DNA from: an uncultured Oscillospiraceae bacterium
Lineage (GTDB): Bacteria; Bacillota; Clostridia; Oscillospirales; Ruminococcaceae
DNA: 55,936 nucleotides
Assembly: GCA_964458545.1 (NCBI GenBank)
Contig: CAYWJF010000002.1
Coordinates: forward strand, 3,504-59,439
Reading direction: 5' to 3'
A model generated the notes under the pieces. That model saw only the letters and a list, made by a program, of their open reading frames with translations. It was not told the DNA's origin and did no database searches. Position numbers and translations under genes: made by a program. Positions 55,701 through 55,936 of the stretch are shown here, piece after piece (within the stretch, counting starts at the first letter, position 1; every line of letters begins with the position of its first letter).

Positions 55701-55936
55701 TCACAGCTGATATAAATATATCGGCAGGTACTGTTTATGCGCAAAAGCTGACAGCCGCTGGAGATGTAATTTTCTCAGGCGGAAATGTAATGATAGATAT
55801 TTTAAATGGCAGTCAGGCTAAAGACGCAAACGATAATTTGGTGTATCAAAGCGCTATAACGCTTTACAGTGCTACAAAAAACACAGGTATAACTGAGCTT
55901 GAAATAGACGGAGTTTCGGTGTCAACGAATAATATG

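Larger units (their letters stand above)
51194..55936 (+). pseudogene. Same-frame continuation (>=1581 codons, 3' end outside the window): M6/InhA-like zinc metalloprotease domain, ~7 propeller-like repeats, then two or more Gly-rich beta-helix-type modules. Pseudogene or readthrough status unresolved.
   Basis: No stop codon in this frame from 51194 to 55936 (4743 nt = 3 x 1581). Zinc motif HEFLHSLGLPDLY (His codon at 51680). Repeats described under findings. First canonical in-frame starts are GTG 51317, GTG 51551 and ATG 51563. Confidence 0.7.

Noticed and set aside
1-55936. Mobile elements, prophage, defence islands, tRNA/rRNA genes.
   Set aside because: No transposase, integrase, recombinase, phage structural, nuclease/helicase/reverse-transcriptase or TIR/SIR2-like ORFs were recognisable in the six-frame track. 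No intergenic region over 75 nt shows tRNA-like conserved arms. Absence is judged by eye and should be confirmed with tRNAscan, Infernal and defence-system HMMs.

Overview
This 55.9-kb chromosomal segment reads like the genome of a spore-forming Clostridia (Firmicutes); the taxon is an inference from gene content and Gram-positive-type signals. Coding density is high.

Contents in order:
1. An MFS transporter and a lipoprotein + OmpR-type response regulator + histidine kinase operon.
2. A conserved housekeeping block: DUF1385-prmC, then recA-recX-rimO-pgsA-cysS. recA has a sigma-A-like promoter and a perfect GAAC-N4-GTTC LexA (Cheo) box.
3. c-di-GMP signalling genes: a cytoplasmic sugar-binding-fold/GGDEF fusion and a 1324-aa PAS/GGDEF*/GAF/GGDEF/EAL protein.
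4. A loose N-acetylhexosamine locus: nucleotidyltransferase, PTS Enzyme-I paralogue, GPH symporter, GH20 hexosaminidase and PIG-L deacetylase, with nagB further on.
5. A 5'-nucleotidase, an MscS channel and MFS genes.
6. A clear lysine (L-box) riboswitch with terminator in front of a polar amino-acid ABC importer.
7. pdxK and two uncharacterised membrane proteins.
8. Sporulation genes: abrB-like, spmA, spmB, sleC-like and spoIIE.
9. An ECF sigma/anti-sigma pair.
10. Two GNAT pairs: alanine-racemase-like + GNAT, and small protein + GNAT.
11. At the 3' end, a lower-GC giant secreted M6-type metalloprotease/beta-helix-repeat gene. It runs off the window and is interrupted by one in-frame TAG.

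I recognised no rRNA, tRNA, CRISPR array, transposase, integrase, prophage genes or known defence-system hallmarks. Most of the window is ordinary core genome. The most unusual items are the amber-interrupted giant surface protease, the translationally coupled racemase-like/GNAT and small-protein/GNAT pairs, the Enzyme-I paralogue + nucleotidyltransferase pair, and a tandem duplication of the nagB 3' end plus terminator. All functional calls rest on motif and family recognition by eye; no database search was possible.
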